From the NCBI RefSeq assembly GCF_009914755.1, contig NC_060929.1: DNA of 64,000 bases; one strand, given 5' to 3'. The DNA is from the human T2T-CHM13v2.0 reference genome, Homo sapiens. How positions within the stretch are numbered: the first letter of the stretch is position 1; the number at the start of each line of letters is the position of its first letter. Both the position numbers and the translations under genes were made by a program. Shown in pieces: positions 36,107 through 50,797 of the stretch. The notes under the pieces are model-generated. The model did no database searches. It was not told the origin of the DNA and saw nothing but the letters and a program-made list of their open reading frames with translations.

Positions 36107-37457
36107 AAAAAATACTCAGTGGTTTTTAATTACAATATTGATTATGTAAATACAGAATAAATTTTAGCTCTAAACATTATCCATGATGTGATTAATTAAA
36201 TTACTAGTTTAAAAAATTGAATCTGTAATTTATCTTGCCTCTATAATTATTATAAGAACTTGTAAACTTTTAACTTGTTTTCTTTAATTTGACCATTTCT
36301 GAAATTGTATCTCTAAGTATTGATATATACACTTCCTAGTGCATATAAAAGTTATGCATATTTAGAGTAATAAGTAGTGTGTTATCATGTTTTTATATCA
36401 GGGCAGGAAGGGAGAAGTTGAAGAACAAAGTGTCCTTTTCAAGAACTTCAGCCCACGTATCTTTCTACAGGACTATAACATGTCACCAGCCACAAGGGCA
36501 AGGAGACTGGGCATTGTAGTTATTTGGCAGGACACATTGCTCTTTCAAACAAAAATGGCATTCAGAAACAAGAAAGTAGGGAAGAGAGGTTTTGGTTGGA
36601 CAACTTGCATTGTTGTCCCTTCTTTTCTTAGACTTCCAAATTCTTGGTTTCAGAATTCTTTATAAGGTTACCCCTCTGAGTAATTTTATCGGTCCATTAA
36701 ATCTCCCAAGTCCAGGTCCCCAAGCTCTTCTCAACTAGTATGACAGCAACTTGTATAGAGATGTCAATGCAGTACAAATGCTTGTTTTAAAGTTGTTTTA
36801 ATCCAGCTTCTATCATTCTAAATATTGTTTTAATCCAATATTCTAATTCAGAATATTGAGAATAAACTAATCTTACATGAAATATCTTTTTTCTCCTATT
36901 ATTTGATATGTGTGTCTATAAAATAACATTTTCTAATTACAGAATGTGCAAGCAAAAAACAAAAAGGGCCTGTGTCCCTAGTCCCATTTTCTTGCTTGGA
37001 GGTAACATCCACAACATTTTTAGTTTTCTGTTGTTCTTCTCTAATGCTCCCAATAATATACCTTTGTTGTGGTTATTGTTGTTATTATTGCTCTTGCATC
37101 AAGCACTATCTCTTAGTGCTCATGCACGTCCTTACCGAGGTCCATTTCTTTACTCTCTGCCCCATTCCAAGTTGTGTTAGGTAGAGGATTATACTGATCA
37201 AGTCCTGTTTTTAGCTATCTTCATAACATTAACACTTTAAACCTCAATGTCTTCACTGTTCTACTGTCCTATGAGCTCTAGCAATCTCAAGTTTCATGTC
37301 ACTTCTCAGACTATGGCAATGGTAATCTGCATTAATGGCAAAATCATTAATATTGATGAAAATTTTTATTTTCTGCCCTTCCCAAAATCATCTACTTCTT
37401 TGGAATTTACATTAGCAGGCAACAATGGCAGTGGCAATACTACCTTTTGGAAGGTAA

Positions 37458-38150
37458 CTGTAGCTCCACCCTTATCTGTAAAAAGATATGTATTAAGACC
37501 CCCAGTTGATGCCTGAAACAGTGGATAGTAAACATGTACTATTTTTCCTACACATACATACTTATAATAGACTGTAATTTAAAAATTAGGCATAGTGAAA
37601 TTTAACTAATAATTATAGTAGTTTATTAGTTAAACTACTACTAATTATTATAGTAGTAGTATTTGTTTAAACTAATATACTCATTATGGGAGTAGTATTA
37701 AACTAATAGGCTAATTATATTAGTTTAATAATTCTATTAGTTTATTAGTTAAACTAACACTACTAATGATAATAGAATTATATTAGTTATACTAATATAT
37801 TATGTATAGGAGTAGTATACTTCTATAATTATATAGGAATATAATTATATTCCTTTTACTAATAATTATATGAACATAACTAATAATAGAATTATTATAA
37901 CAATATACTGTAGTAAAAGTTATGTGAATGTGGTCTCTCTTTCTCTTGAAATACCTTATTATTATCTACTTTTCTTTTTGTGATAAAGAAAACAGGGAGT
38001 AGGATGGACAACCTGAGAATTTATCACGTTATGGTACACAATTTCAAAGTTATTATTTCTATAACTTTTATTTAATATTTTTCAAAACATGATTGACCCC
38101 TGATAGCTAAAACTGGGGAAAGTGAAACCGCTGGTAAGGGGGGACTGCTG
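37458..38150 (+). mobile_element. MER44/Tigger7-like MITE with internal AT-rich expansion
   Basis: Inverted ends ctgtagctccacccttatc and gtaaggggggactgctg; aagacccccagttgatgcctgaaac. Confidence 0.7.
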
Positions 38151-39246
38151 TGTTGCTAAAAGTGTCTTCCTTTGCTAAATGTACCAAGAGTAGATTCTCA
38201 AGAGGAGTAACATAGATAGGAATTTACGTTGTAGATGGCCTCAGCTATTGCTAAATATCTACAAATTCACTTGGGAATAATATAAGCAGCCACATCAGCA
38301 ACAATATCTTGAGTAATATTGTTAATGGAGCATCAGGAATTAGGGCTTTGCAATTATGAGATACATTTTTCCAAAGACATGATGCAAACATCCTTAGCAG
38401 TAGAAGAAAAAAGTTGAATTCCAACTCTTTGTCAAGAGGCATTTTTGGGAATTGTTATTATATCCAATTTTCGCCCAGGATTATGTGGCATGATAAATAT
38501 GCCTTACAATAACTTAGTTAAGAATATTATAGGTAATACATATTTCATCACCTTAAGAAATGTGAATGGCTGTTTGGAGGTATATTAACATCATGTAGAT
38601 GGAGGCTCAAGACTGCTGAGATAAAATTGAATACATTTAGAAAGACTGATGGCATATTTTCCTGAAGAGAATCTTTAGAAAACCAAAGAGTTAATGTCAG
38701 GTTTTCATATGTCTTAGTAGTCTGAATAAAACCTGTTAAATAATTTTTCCTGGAAGAAACATATTACTATTTAATTTTCAAAAAGTGATATTAATAGTTA
38801 ATTATCCAGTTATCTGGACTTTTTCCAAAAGAGTTTATCTATAAAGAGCATCTACTCTATGAAATGTAGAAATAAACTCAAAGGATAGTAAATCAGTATT
38901 CAGTCTGTAAATATTACCTCACTGTGTCCATGACATTTGTGAACTTAGTAACCAAATTTAAGGATTTAATGTGTTTGCTTGTTGTTAACATATATGGAGA
39001 GAGAAAAATAAATGGATGAATTTTCAGAATTTATCTAATTTTCTCCTCCATCAAAGTTAAAAATTAGCTGTTTGATTTCCTATACTGAGCTAAAATTCTC
39101 TGGCATTTTATCTTGATATTACTGACATCCTGGAAGGAGTATCTTGTTTGTTTGGCAAGTGGATTTTTTTAAAAAAATAAATTATTGCTTCATAATTTTT
39201 ATTGTTTATATTTCAAGGTTATGAAAAATGCCCTTAAAAAATAGAT

Positions 39247-39248
<2 letters not shown>

Positions 39249-39287
<39 letters not shown>

Positions 39288-39290
39288 TAT
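39249..39290. repeat. (TA)n microsatellite
   Basis: Uninterrupted run of about 16 TA units, then an interrupted AT tail. Confidence 0.9.
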
Positions 39291-39404
39291 TTTAATCTGC
39301 ATGTAGTATACCTGTTGTGACAAAAATAAACGAAAGCTTAATTTCTTGCCAAGTTGTAGACTATTACAGTATATTATTTTAAGCGTTATGCTATACATAC
39401 TTCT

Positions 39405-40212
39405 TTTGAAAATTTATGGAGTACATGAGATGTTTTGATACATGCATAATAATCACATCAGGGTAAATTGAATATCCATCACTTCACACAGTTATCCTTT
39501 GTGTTACAAACAATCTGATTATACTCTTCTAGTTATTTTTAAATGTACGATTAAATTATTTTTGACTATAGTCACCCTGTTGTGCTAGCAAATGCTAGGT
39601 CTTATTCATTCTTTCTAACTATGTTTTTGTACCTATTAGTCTGCCCCGCTTTCCTCCCAAACCCTCACTACCCTTCTCAGCCTGTTAACCTTTATACTGT
39701 TTATCTCCATGAGTTCAATTGTTTTAAGCCTTAGCTCCCACAAATAAGTGAGAGCATCCGAAGTTTGTCTTTCTGCGCCTGGCTTGTTTCACTTAACATA
39801 ATGACCTCCAGTTCTATCCACATTGTAGCAGATGACAGGAACTCATTGTTTTTTATGGCTGAATGGTATTCCATTTTGTATATGTACTATATTTTCTTTA
39901 TTCATTCATCTCTTGATGGATACTTAGGTTGATTCCAAATTTTGGCTATTGTGAGTAGTGCTGAAATAAACATGGAGTGCAGATATCTCTCTGATATACT
40001 ATGTCCTTTCTTTTGGTTATACACCCAGGAGTGGGATTGCTGGATCATATGATAGCTCAATTTTTGCTTTTTGAGAAACCTCCAGACTGTTCTCCTTAAG
40101 GGTCATACTAATGTACATTCCCACTGACAGTGTGCAAGGGTTCCTTTTTCTGTATATCCTCGCCAACTTTTGTTATTGCCTGAATTTGGGATAAAAGCCA
40201 TTTTAACTGGGG
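39405..40212 (-). mobile_element. L1MA 3-prime end
   Basis: gactatagtcaccctgttgtgctagcaaatgctaggtcttattcattct...gtgggattgctggatcatatg. Confidence 0.88.
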
Positions 40213-40583
40213 CCTCTTAACTTTTTCCCCACACATTTCTTAATTCCTTGATGAAAAATGCTAAAAGATAAGTCACTTTCATACTTCCTAGATACAGTTA
40301 TTCATTCACTCTTTTATTTTTTTAAGTTTCTTATTTAATAGATATGTATTAAATATTTACCTTGTCTCAGCCAATGTAATGTGTGACAGGCATACAAAGA
40401 TGAATATAGCAGAAAGTTTATGCCTCTTAAGAAGCATAATGAAGTCATTTAAACAAATAATAGCTACAAATTTTGATGAGCACTGTCATAGAGGTAAGAA
40501 TATTATGGTGGGGTGGGATGGAAGAAATTAAAATATGTCAATCTACTTTGCGTTGTAAGGAAAATCTTGGCAAAGAAGATACA

Positions 40584-40958
40584 TGTTATGATTTGGCTCT
40601 GTGTCCCCACCCAAATCTCAACTCGAATTGTAATCCCCATGTGTCATGGGGAGGGACCTGGTGGGAGGTGATTAGCTCAAAAGGGTGGTTTTCTATGCTG
40701 TTCTTGTGATAGTGAGGGGGTTCTCAGGAGATCTGATGGTTTTATAAGTGGCAGTTTCCCCTGCATGCTCTCTCTCTTACCTGCCACAGTGTAAGACTTG
40801 CCTTGCTTTCCCTTCACCTTCCACCATGATTATAAGTTTAATTATAAGTTCACTTATAAGTTCAGCCATGTGGAATTGTGAGTCAAGTAAGCCTCTTTTG
40901 TTTATAAATTATCCATTCTCAGGTAGTATCTTTATAGCAGTGTGAAATGGACTAATAA
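40584..40958 (+). mobile_element. THE1D-like solo LTR
   Basis: tttggctctgtgtccccacccaaatctca...tttatagcagtgtgaaatggactaat. Confidence 0.88.
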
Positions 40959-41524
40959 GATAAACTTCAATAGAATACTTAAGAAATTGTGGTAATCAAC
41001 TAGTTTATGAATGGAAAGAATCATTTTATCAAAGGAAATTAAGAGCATAACAATGTGGCATTAAAACAGATTAGGGAGTTCTGAGGGTTGTAAGGATGAT
41101 GGAACAGGTACATAATAGGACAATATGGGAGAATAATTAAAGAAGTCCTGAGGGTAGGTCACTGAGGCCTTATATGTTATAAAAGGGGGATTTTACTCTA
41201 GGAATTGGGAAAGTGTTTGAAGAAAGAGAATAGTGTGATTATATTTGCTTTTTAGTTTGAAAAGAAGTAGCCTGGAAATGAATGAGATTACAGCCAGAGA
41301 AGAGAAAGAATATATTTTGATGAAAGAATATATTTGGGTACTGATAGAATAGTCCGGGTTAAAGATGATTTGGACCCTGGCACATGGAGGATGCTGTGGG
41401 GTCATAAAGGAAGAAATGGTAATAAAAATAACTAAAGTTTTATTGGATGAAGTTTTCAAGCCAACAAAGCATAAAACACAGACACAAAAACGACGTCTAA
41501 AATGATTTCTTAGTTTCTTAGTCA

Positions 41525-42140
41525 TGTATTAGGTGTCAACCAAGACAGGGAATACAGACAGAGCAGTAAAGAGTTCAGCCCCAGACTCAATCCTATATGT
41601 GATTTTTGGGCCCATCCATAAACAATGACAAAGACTTGACCAAGTGGGTCCCACAGGGAGAGCTGCCCTCCCCACACTAGTGCATAGTCCTCTAATGGCA
41701 GTTTCAGTAAGGGCTGCAGGGCCATGCTCACACACAGATCAGCATCACTTGACTGGTGCCTCCCCTGGAGGCCTCTCCACTGTGGGACCTTGGCAGACCT
41801 TCCCCAGGCATGTTTGCCCAAGACCTCCTTTTCATGGGGAGAGGAGGAGGAGTCTTGAAGACAATTGTCTTCCTTCTGATTCAATACTCAGTGCTTTTCC
41901 GCTCCCAGCCTTTTCCTGACCTTCCATAAAACTGCAGGCAGGAGCCTGTTGTTCAGGGTTCCTTTGATAGTGAGACAACTCCACATCTGTGCTGACCCAT
42001 GTGATCCTTGATAGAGCTGTTTCATGAAGGAAAAAAAGGATGGGGACTGGACCGTCAGGGCTTTTTCCAGTTTAACCTCAAAGGTTTGTTAATGTCCTTT
42101 TGTCTTGATGTCTTAATTGCCTACTCCAACACCTGGCTCT
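41525..42140 (+). mobile_element. Probable old ERV-type LTR (family uncertain)
   Basis: GC-richer island starting tgtatta, with a cataaaa TATA-like box and no coding signal. Confidence 0.35.
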
Positions 42141-42629
42141 CTCTCCAGAGTAGTTAAGCTCCTGATGGCTGGGGATAAATTTAATGACTACTGTTTTGTA
42201 TAAGTTGAGGTTAATCTAATTAATTTACCTAGAGGGAAAATTCTGACCTCTATCTCTGAGACCTCATCTAAAACACAGAGGTCATGAAGATAAATCTGGC
42301 TTCTGCCTTCAAGGAGCTTACAGTCTGGTGAAGATGATAGCTGGATAGCTAGACATAACAATAAAACCACAGCTGTTCCCTTGTGATAATTTCTGTTATG
42401 AGTTATGTACATTGGAATATGAAAAATATATAAATGGTACATAACCAATTCTAGGAGGTCAGGGCAAGCTTCCTGGGAGAAATGCTGTCTATAGGTAGAC
42501 ACAGAGAGACAAGAATCAAAGCCTCTTCTGAAGAAGGGTTAAATAAATCTCAGGCAGATAGGCTATGCATGACCTGCTTCTTTTATCTGTCATTTTTGTT
42601 GTTCAGTTACTTGCTAAATTTTAAGAATT

Positions 42630-42701
42630 TTATATATATATATTATATTTATAATATATTATATATATAATATACATGTATATATATATATATATATATA
42701 T
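42630..42701. repeat. (TA)n-rich microsatellite
   Basis: Interrupted TA runs. Confidence 0.85.
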
Positions 42702-43882
42702 CTTCTACATATCAGTGCTCTGTCAATTCAGCCTAATTCTGGCAAAAGCATTAAGGACTTCAATATTTACCAGGTTTGAAAGGGGAGCAGTCCTTTGAAT
42801 TAGAATTATTTGAAAAATGTAGGGCTATTTTGAAACAACTACCCAATTGAAAATGCATGGACACTATAACTATTATACTTGCAGATGCATACAAAAATAC
42901 TTTTATTGTCACATGGGCACAAAGATGTATATTGAAAGCTGTTCACTGAAACAGTATTTATAATAATGAAACCTGGAAGCAACATATCTCTTAATGGGGA
43001 TATAGACAAGTAAAGTACAACATATACATGTTATAGAAAAAAATGCAGCCTTCTCAAAAATGGGTAAGCTGTATAGATATAGAAAAGAAAAAAGCATTGT
43101 ATAAATAATATGTACACTTTAATAAAAGTTGTACTAAATTTTAAATGTAATATAAATATCATACCTTCTATATATATAAAATTATCAAAAAGACTGAATT
43201 ATAATACATGAAGAGTAGGAAAAAATAGTTGCACTGAGTTTTATATTTTCTGAATGTTTAAATCTTTCCACACAATATGTAATAATTATACTTTTAAAAT
43301 GCCAGTAAGGTAATATATACAAATAGCTAATTAAAGCTTAATAAGAACTTTGGAAAAATCTTTTTAATAAAGGTTTTACATACATCAGGGTTACAATTAA
43401 ATTTAACATGCTTTTTATTTTGTCAATTTCTTTTATTTAAAAAATACTTAAACTAACTTCCTTTTTGGTTTTTCCTATTAAAAGAAAAAGCATTTTGCCC
43501 TCATAAAAGAAAATTAGTTTCAGATTACTAGTAATTATTTAGGTACTAATTAAAAAATAATGAATCTCAGTTACTAAATACACAAATAAGGGAGTTATAT
43601 GAAACTGTGCAATAGTCATTCTATGGATAGTCATATTTAAAATAAAATGAAAAGAGACTAAAATATGCATTTGTGCTTTTAACTCTGAAAACCTGAATAC
43701 CTATTCAACTGTTGATTCTGAGTATTTACAGAACTTTATTTCTTCTTTGGACATGCTTTCGCAGTTTTTACCTAATGTATACACATTTTTGCCTTGTTCT
43801 TAATAATTAAATATCTGAGAAAAAGATATTCAAAAAGTGGTTTTTTGTGCGTACTCATGATAAACAGTAACATAAAAAGTTA

Positions 43883-44190
<308 letters not shown>

Positions 44191-44589
44191 AGTTATAGAA
44201 ATAAATATGATGATATGATTTACTGAAAGCAAGTCTCAAATGCCTAAAAAAGGCCAAACTTCCTTTGGTCTTTGGATATCATTCTGGAGGGTGGGTGAGT
44301 CTACTTTTGTTTCAAATGTGTTATTTTCATTTATTTTTGAGCAAAAATATCATTTTATAATTTACACTTATTGAACATAAATGTGGAAATACTACTAAAT
44401 TGTCTCCACATGGAAAATTTCTTGTGACATGTATTTCATCTAACTTGTGAAGTTCACAACTATTTCAAAAAACAGTTAAGCTTGTTCCAAAAACTCACTG
44501 CCATCCCACCAAACACACATATGGACTTGAGAATAATTAGGCTTTCAGAAACCACTTTAGTATCCAATTAATTGTAGTTTTCTTCAGAA

Positions 44590-44697
44590 AGTGGTGTAAA
44601 TCTGATTATATATAGTTGCTTCATGTAGTATAAATCTGATTATACACAGTTGTTTCATATAGTATATATCTGATGATATACAATTGCTTCATGTAGT
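44590..44697. repeat. 34-bp minisatellite, about 3 copies
   Basis: Unit tgtagtataaatctgattatacacagttgtttca with variants at 44590, 44624 and 44658. Confidence 0.85.
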
Positions 44698-44792
44698 TCA
44701 ACTTGTTACTAGATAATCCATGTGTAATTGTCACAGAAAATCTTACGTGTACATTTGGACAATGTCTCTATCTCTGTTTCTTTCTCTCTGTT

Positions 44793-44823
<31 letters not shown>

Positions 44824-45880
44824 GTCCTTTACAATTACTTTGGGAAAAAAATCACAAAAAGGAAAAAATCATTAATCTGAGATTATAACATAAAATCCAC
44901 AATTTGTCTGTAAACTATCTTTAAATCTATGTTTATACTTGAAATCTACTAGGCTTATGAGAGTCAAAGACTTCCAAGCTTTGAATATTCTTTTCACTTC
45001 AAAAGGAACTGAAAATCTAAATGTAATTTGGTACACCTTTTAAAATATTCACTGCTGCCTGCCAGCTAGCTGCAGGTTATTTTAGCTACTAGAAGCAGCA
45101 CTAATTTGCAATATCTTTCTAAGACTATCTATAGGTAAAAATTTGACATTGGCTGACTCTAACCAATGTCAAGCTTTAGGATAGCAACGTAATCCCTAAA
45201 AGAAAAATGAGAAATAACCTAACTATCTAAACATCAAAAACAAATTAACCTTGCTTGCCCATTTTTAGGACAACATAACGGTTTCTTGAGATTTTTCAAC
45301 ATTTATGAAAAGATAAAAATTAAGATGAGTCATTTAATAGCATGCGTGCTTGAACCAATAAAATGATTTCTTATTTTATGAGTTGTTTTTAAAAAATGAG
45401 CCCAGATGTTTCAAATTATAAATAATTTGTCAATTTATGCATAAAGCCAAATTTGAAAAATGTGACTGGTCATTCCCATTAAGAAACTCAACTGAAAATC
45501 TGTTTCACTGAATCAAGCTTAAATAAGTAATTGTGTACTTAGATGTAGCTGAATTCTAAGAACTATTTGGACCACAACTTATAGACTATTTATATATTTT
45601 GCAAACTGTTTGCTGTTCTCTGACTTCAAGTAAGAGAGAGATATTAAGTGACAAATCATACAACGGAAAGGGAGAGCTATTAAGTGATAAATCATACAGT
45701 GGAAAGAGAGTTATATAGGAAGACTCTCCATTTTAACTCAGAATAAAATATGTAACCATCTTTAAGTTTTAATGGGGAGACCTGTGTGGCTGACTTTTTT
45801 TTTTCCCAATCTAGCTTCCTCATTTGGAAGAATGTTTTGTTTCTGTATATGAAAACTGAAGGATTTCTATTCAAGGCCAC

Positions 45881-46320
45881 TGTGGTAGACAGAATAATGG
45901 CTTACTAAAATGTCGACGTCCTAATTTCTGGAACCTGTGAAAATGTCACCTTCCATGACAAAAAGGACATTGTAGAAGCAATTATTTAAGGATCTAGAGA
46001 TGAGAATATTAAGATGGGTTATTTGGGTGTTCCAAATGTGAACCCAAGTGGAGTTCTTGTAAGACTGAGAAGATGCCTTCGAGTTAGGAAGGAGATGGGA
46101 GATGTGTTATGAAAGCAGAGGTTGGAGTGACAGAATTTCAAGATGGAGAAAGGGGTTATAGCCAAGAATCCAAGCAGCCTCAAGAGAGTAGAAGCTCTTG
46201 ATTTTCACCTATGTGACTCTATTTTAGTCTTTACTTGCAGAACTGTAAGATAGTAGATTTGTGGTGTTTTAATCCACTAAGTTGGTAGTAATGTGCTCCA
46301 GCCACTATGAGACAAATACA
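45881..46320 (+). mobile_element. MLT1D-like solo LTR, followed by (CA)n
   Basis: tgtggtagacagaataatggc...tggaacctgtgaa...cagaactgtaaga...aaataca. Confidence 0.75.
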
Positions 46321-46321
46321 G

Positions 46322-46362
<41 letters not shown>

Positions 46363-46846
46363 GTGTGTGGGTGTGTATTAGGAAAAGTAGTAAATCTAAA
46401 TCTAGACTTTCTCATTCTCACCTAGGTTCTTATATTTTTAATTATATAACTAGTTACATAACATTATTTATATAATACTAGTTATATAACTAGTGCTCTA
46501 TTATTTTCCTTCTATTTTAATTTTTCTGTTAAAAGAAAGTTTAAGAACATATGTATCCATATATGTATATACACATGCAGAAATATATATCTGTGTATGT
46601 GTGTGTGTTTATGAGTATATATATTCAAAGTTCTGAAACGTTTTTCAAAGCAATGCTGGCAATGGAATTCTCATTTCTATTTATCTTTTCTGTGGAGGTT
46701 TAAGTATGACTTATTTGGGAATTGCTACATTATCCTGACAAAAATATAACAGTAGTGGCAATATATAATCCCCCAAAAATGTTATATCTCCAGATAATTT
46801 TAATGAGTTGGCATTGACTAGTATGAGAAATACAAGGCACAGAGAG

Positions 46847-47213
46847 TGATATGGTTTGGCTCTGTGCTGTCACCCAAATCTCATCTTGAATCGTAATTCC
46901 CATAATGCCCATGTGTTGAGGGGCCTGTTGGGAGGTGATTGGATCATGGGCACAGTTTCCCCTAGATGTTCTCATGATAGTGAATGAGTTCTCATGAGAT
47001 CTGATGGTTTTACAAGTGTTTGACAGTGCCTCCTTCACATGCTCTCTCTCCCCTGCTGCCATGTAAGACGTGCCTGCTTCCCCTTCCACCATGATTGTAA
47101 GTTCCCTGAGGCCTCCCCAGCCGTGCAGAACTGTGAGTCAATTAAGCCTCTTTCCTTTGTAAATTACCCTGTCTCGGGTATTCTTTATAGCAATGTGAAA
47201 ATGGATTAATACA
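46847..47213 (+). mobile_element. THE1 solo LTR with 5-bp TSD
   Basis: gagag|tgatatggtttggc...taataca|gagag. Confidence 0.92.
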
Positions 47214-47385
47214 GAGAGTCTACACATTTCTTTATATAAGATATACTTGTTTTCTGTTTATAGTTAGCATTTACAAAGTTTACAGTAAAATTTTTACTTA
47301 CATTCATATAACATTTAAGTTATTCTCAAAATTTTATGCAACCATTTTAGATCTAAAGTGGACTTTGTTTTTTTCCATAGAATAA

Positions 47386-48494
47386 GTATTTTGTAGGACT
47401 TCTCTTCAATATTGGTGTGTAGAAAAAAAAATGTGAACTTCAAGTTTCAATCAATTAAACTTTTGCTTAAACTGAAAAACCATGCCAACACACAAAAAGG
47501 TCATCTGGGGTGTGCCATTACATTAGGATTACGTACTGGTACTACACACTCAGTTGTGTAGGACATAAGAATGGATTATACTTAAACCTCTAAAGGATGG
47601 CCTGAATTAAAGTGATAGAAAATGGGAGTTAATATTGCTAGTGTTACCATGTAAAATTTAATAATTATTTGCTTAATTATTGTCTTATTAATTTAATAGT
47701 TTCTAAAGAGAAATTTCATTAACAAATTAACAGGAACAGCTACAAAATTTGCAGTGTTCAGTGCAAAATTAAAATATAGGACATCTTCCTCAAAAATTAT
47801 TTAAAACTTGACACGAATGACACCAAAGAATTAGCCAAGTGATGGGCCCCTGCAAATGAGCAGATCACATAAATCTATCCCTGAACATCAATTAGTTATA
47901 AAAAAATAAGAATTTAAGGCTGGGACCCATAGCCATAATTTTACCCATACCTGCATTTATATCTGTATTTATATACCTGTAACAGTATTTAGATCTATTT
48001 ATTCACAATCTCAGAATCAGATTGTAGAGACATTTAAAGATTAACTAATACAAACTTGTCCTCTTACAAAAGAGAAAACTGAGCCGCAGTGCTTTGATTG
48101 TATCAGTAGCTAATATTAGAAATAAAAGCAACACATTATCTTAAATATTTTATGTTTTTCTTATTACTACCAGTTTAGTGCTCCTATGTATTTTGTAGTA
48201 CTTCTCTTCAATATTGGTGTGTAGAAAGAAAATGTGAACCCCGAGTTTAATCAATTAAACTTTGATTAAACTGAAAAACCATGGTCAATCCCAATACACA
48301 AAAGGGTCATCTGGGGTGTGCCATTGCATTAGGATTACATACTGGTACTATATGTTGCTGCTACATGCTATTTCACTCAGTCGTGTAGGAGAGAAGAATG
48401 GATTATACTTAAACTTCTAAAGAATGACCTCAATTAAAGAGATAGAAAATGGGAGTTAATATTGTTAGTGTTGCCATGTAAAATTTAATAATTA
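47386..48494 (+). repeat. Local direct duplication (47386-47667 and 48188-48494) separated by ~520 bp
   Basis: Shared colinear blocks cttctcttcaatattggtgtgtagaaa, ggtcatctggggtgtgccatt, aagaatggattatacttaaac, gatagaaaatgggagttaatattg. Confidence 0.92.
47731..47883 (+). mobile_element. MER45A-like hAT MITE
   Basis: cagg...gctacaaaattttgcag...cagtgcaaaattaaaat...tcaaaaattatt...ccctg. Confidence 0.6.
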
Positions 48495-48899
48495 ATATAA
48501 TGTCTCATATATTCCGTGGTGATTAATTGGTGTGGAATATTTAAGCCACGAGAATAAGTACTATAAAAGCAAGAATTTATAATAGGGTCTTTAATGATCA
48601 GTTCTGTTCTTACACAGCTTCTCCCCACTCCTACTCCTTGGAAGCAACCAAGTGGTATGAGTTGGCCCCTACTCACCCCCTCCCTGGTGTCAGTGGACCA
48701 CATCAGGGAAGTGAGGTTATTTTTTCACTTGGAGGAAACAAAGATATGTAACTCAGTACCCTACTTTTGCCATGAGGTTGCCAGTGGGTGGAGGGAGAAG
48801 ACAAACTTCCACCTAACCAGTCTGCAAGAAGGAAGTATAAGTTAGTACTCTACTTTTGGTAGGATGGTATTAGTAGGTCCCATCAGGAAGATAAACACG

Positions 48900-50570
<1,671 letters not shown>

Positions 50571-50797
50571 CAATCATGCACTGCATAACGATGTTTTGCT
50601 CAGCAGTAGACTGCATATATCATGGTGGTCCCATAAGATTATAATGGAGATGAATATTACCTAGTGACATTGCAGCTGAGCTGTCTTAACATCATAGTCT
50701 AACATATTTCTCACCTGTTTGTGGCAATGATGGTGTAAACAAACCTACTTCATTGCCAGTTATATAAAAGTGTAGCACATAAAATTCTGTCTAGTAC

